DNA from: Octopus sinensis
Taxonomy: Eukaryota
Direction: 5' to 3'
Assembly: GCF_006345805.1 (NCBI RefSeq)
Contig: NC_042997.1
Coordinates: 83,204,001-83,268,000, forward strand
DNA length: 64,000 bases
Shown here: one piece after another, positions 62,104-64,000 of the stretch
Numbering within the stretch: position 1 is the first letter of the stretch
Layout: each line of letters begins with the position of its first letter
Made by a program: the position numbers and the translations under genes
Notes under the pieces: model-generated
Told to the model about the DNA's origin: nothing
The model's input: the letters and a program-made list of their open reading frames with translations, nothing else
The model's database searches: none

Positions 62104-63302
62104 TCACAGGCAGACTGAAAAGTTCATTGGCTGTCTATGAAAGAGTGCTGTTAGAAATCTTGTATGCATTAATTTCAATCTTTCCTATTTAATAACTGCA
62201 TTGTCTCTTTCCAGCTAAACTGACATCTCACTGTTCAAAGAAGACTTCAAAAGTAATTAGAAGCAACTCCTGTTGGAAATCGACAAAATTTGCCATCAAG
62301 TATCTGCAGTAAAACGGTTTAGACCCCAAGAACATTCATACTGGTATGATTGCTACATTAGGGGATGACTCTCCTGCTTTATCAACAGTGCAAAAGTGGG
62401 TAGCTGAATTTAGGAGGGGAAGGGAGAGTTTTTAAAATGGCCCACGGTCTGGATGTCTTACAATTGCTACAACCGATGAAAACATTGATCGTGTTCACCA
62501 CATGGTGATGGATGACAGGCGACTGACTATAAATCAAATAGCCAATGCTATAAGCATATCCTGTGAGAGAGTTGAGTATGTTCTGCTCAATGCACTTGGC
62601 ATGACGAAGGTTTCTGCTCGGTGAGTGCTACATCTTATCAAAAATGCACCAAGCTGATCACATCATGGAAAAATCTGACATTCTTTCAGGCAGATTCAAC
62701 TGGCTTCCTTGAACATTTCTTAAGCAAGGATGAGGGTTTCGTTCATCACTTTGAGCCAGAGACAAAGAGACAATCCATACGGTGGGAACATCCCCCACAC
62801 CTGCTCCAAAGGAAGTCAAGATCGTTTCATTTGCAAGGAAGGTGATGGCCCCAGATTTTGAGGATGCAAAAGACATTGTGTTTATTAACTATCTTCAAAA
62901 GAACCGCAATATCAATGGAGAGTAATTTGCCAACTTAGTGAGGCAGTTATGAAAGCCTATCAAGACCAAACGACAAGGAAAACTGACAAAAGTGGTCTTG
63001 TTTCATCACACAATGCTCCAGCACGCAAGTCGTTGACTTCAATGGCTGCTGTGCATGACTGTAGCTTTGAACTGGTTGATCAGTTTCCCTGTCCTCCTGA
63101 TTTGGCCCATCTGATTATCATCTGCTATCTAGCATTAAAAAAAAACACCTGGCTAGGAACCAGCATCGCAGTAATGATGACGTCATATCTGCAGTAGAAT
63201 ACTTTTTAACCAAGGGATACTATGTTGAAAAATGAACCTCATTTGGTCACATTCCATAAGTGTATCTTGGTCAGCCTATGAACTTTTCAGTTAACCCTCT
63301 TA
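62104..63302 (+). mobile_element. Full-length decayed mariner with both TIRs
   Basis: TIRs GACTGAAAAGTTCATTGGCTG / CAGCCTATGAACTTTTCAGTT; STVQKWVAEFRRG, DEGFVHHFEPETKRQS, PDLAHL motifs. Confidence 0.85.
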
Positions 63303-63439
63303 TATAAGTGGTCTTATCAATAACTATCCGGGCTGTTACTATAATAACGAAGCTAAAGCACGGAGAGTGAAGCTGCTTGGCACAGATTGACCTTGAACTC
63401 TGCTATGTATGCACAATAAGTTTTAACGTGTTAGCTCAC

Positions 63440-63755
63440 TTCCACTGTTTGCAGTAGTGCTTGGAAGAAAGGTGTGTAGCGTGTGATCGTCGCATTGACT
63501 ATGACAAAGAAAGTTGCCATGGCGATACCTGTTCAGAGGTCTACGCAGAGTTGCAGAATTTGCGTTATCAACGCCCACAAAGTAAGAAGGAGTACTGGAA
63601 ACGAATCATCAAAGTTCAAGAAAATCTGTGTAGCAAGCGAGTCAGATAGGTATTCCAAAATCGTCTGTCCAACTCATTTTGAAAATGAAATTTATTTTAA
63701 TAAACACCTATTTACAATTATTTAAAGTGTGTATACGTTTTTGGGACACCCTGTA
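63440..63755 (+). mobile_element. Internally deleted Tc1/mariner-like element end
   Basis: Terminal TTTTTGGGACACCCTGTA, preceded by a decayed HTH-like coding remnant. Confidence 0.55.
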
Positions 63756-63757
63756 TT

Positions 63758-63794
<37 letters not shown>

Positions 63795-64000
63795 GTGTGT
63801 GTGTGTCTGTGTGTCTGTGTATGCATGCGTGTGTGTATGTATGTATGTTAAGGTTACCTGCTGTAACACGGGCAACCATAATAGTTTTGCTATAATATTT
63901 TTTTAACATGTTTGCATTTTGTAATCTCGGTTTTCGGCACCATGCCACCTTTCAGCTCAAGTTTTATTTATTCCTTTTATTTACTATTTAGTGTAAGCCC

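Overview
AT-rich, microsatellite-dense eukaryotic DNA. The SINE families and repeat make-up resemble an Octopus (coleoid cephalopod) genome; this is my recognition, not a database result. No host protein-coding gene can be identified with confidence, and most short ORFs in the track are translations of microsatellites. The window is mostly transposon remnants: a nearly complete two-ORF Penelope-like element (PLE, 1481-5674) and a decayed second PLE, RTE and R4/Dong LINE remnants, Ty3/Gypsy fragments, pogo, Chapaev3-like, hAT, three mariners and a Tc1-like end, Helitron pieces and many tRNA-derived SINEs. The most interesting signal is at the RNA level: about a dozen hammerhead-ribozyme (HHR) motifs. 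Three copies of one short element (6541-6617, 26838-26914, 33888-33963) carry every HHR core segment in a non-circularly permuted order, and their stems show compensatory changes. Several minimal type I HHRs have palindromic stem III, and some sit facing outward in long fold-back palindromes. Other leads are an HIV-type U_UUU_UUA slippery site exactly at the PLE ORF1/RT overlap, and an ORF1-only LINE derivative with a 19-bp TSD whose 3' tail matches the abundant SINE family. All structures were read by eye; none has been computed or tested.
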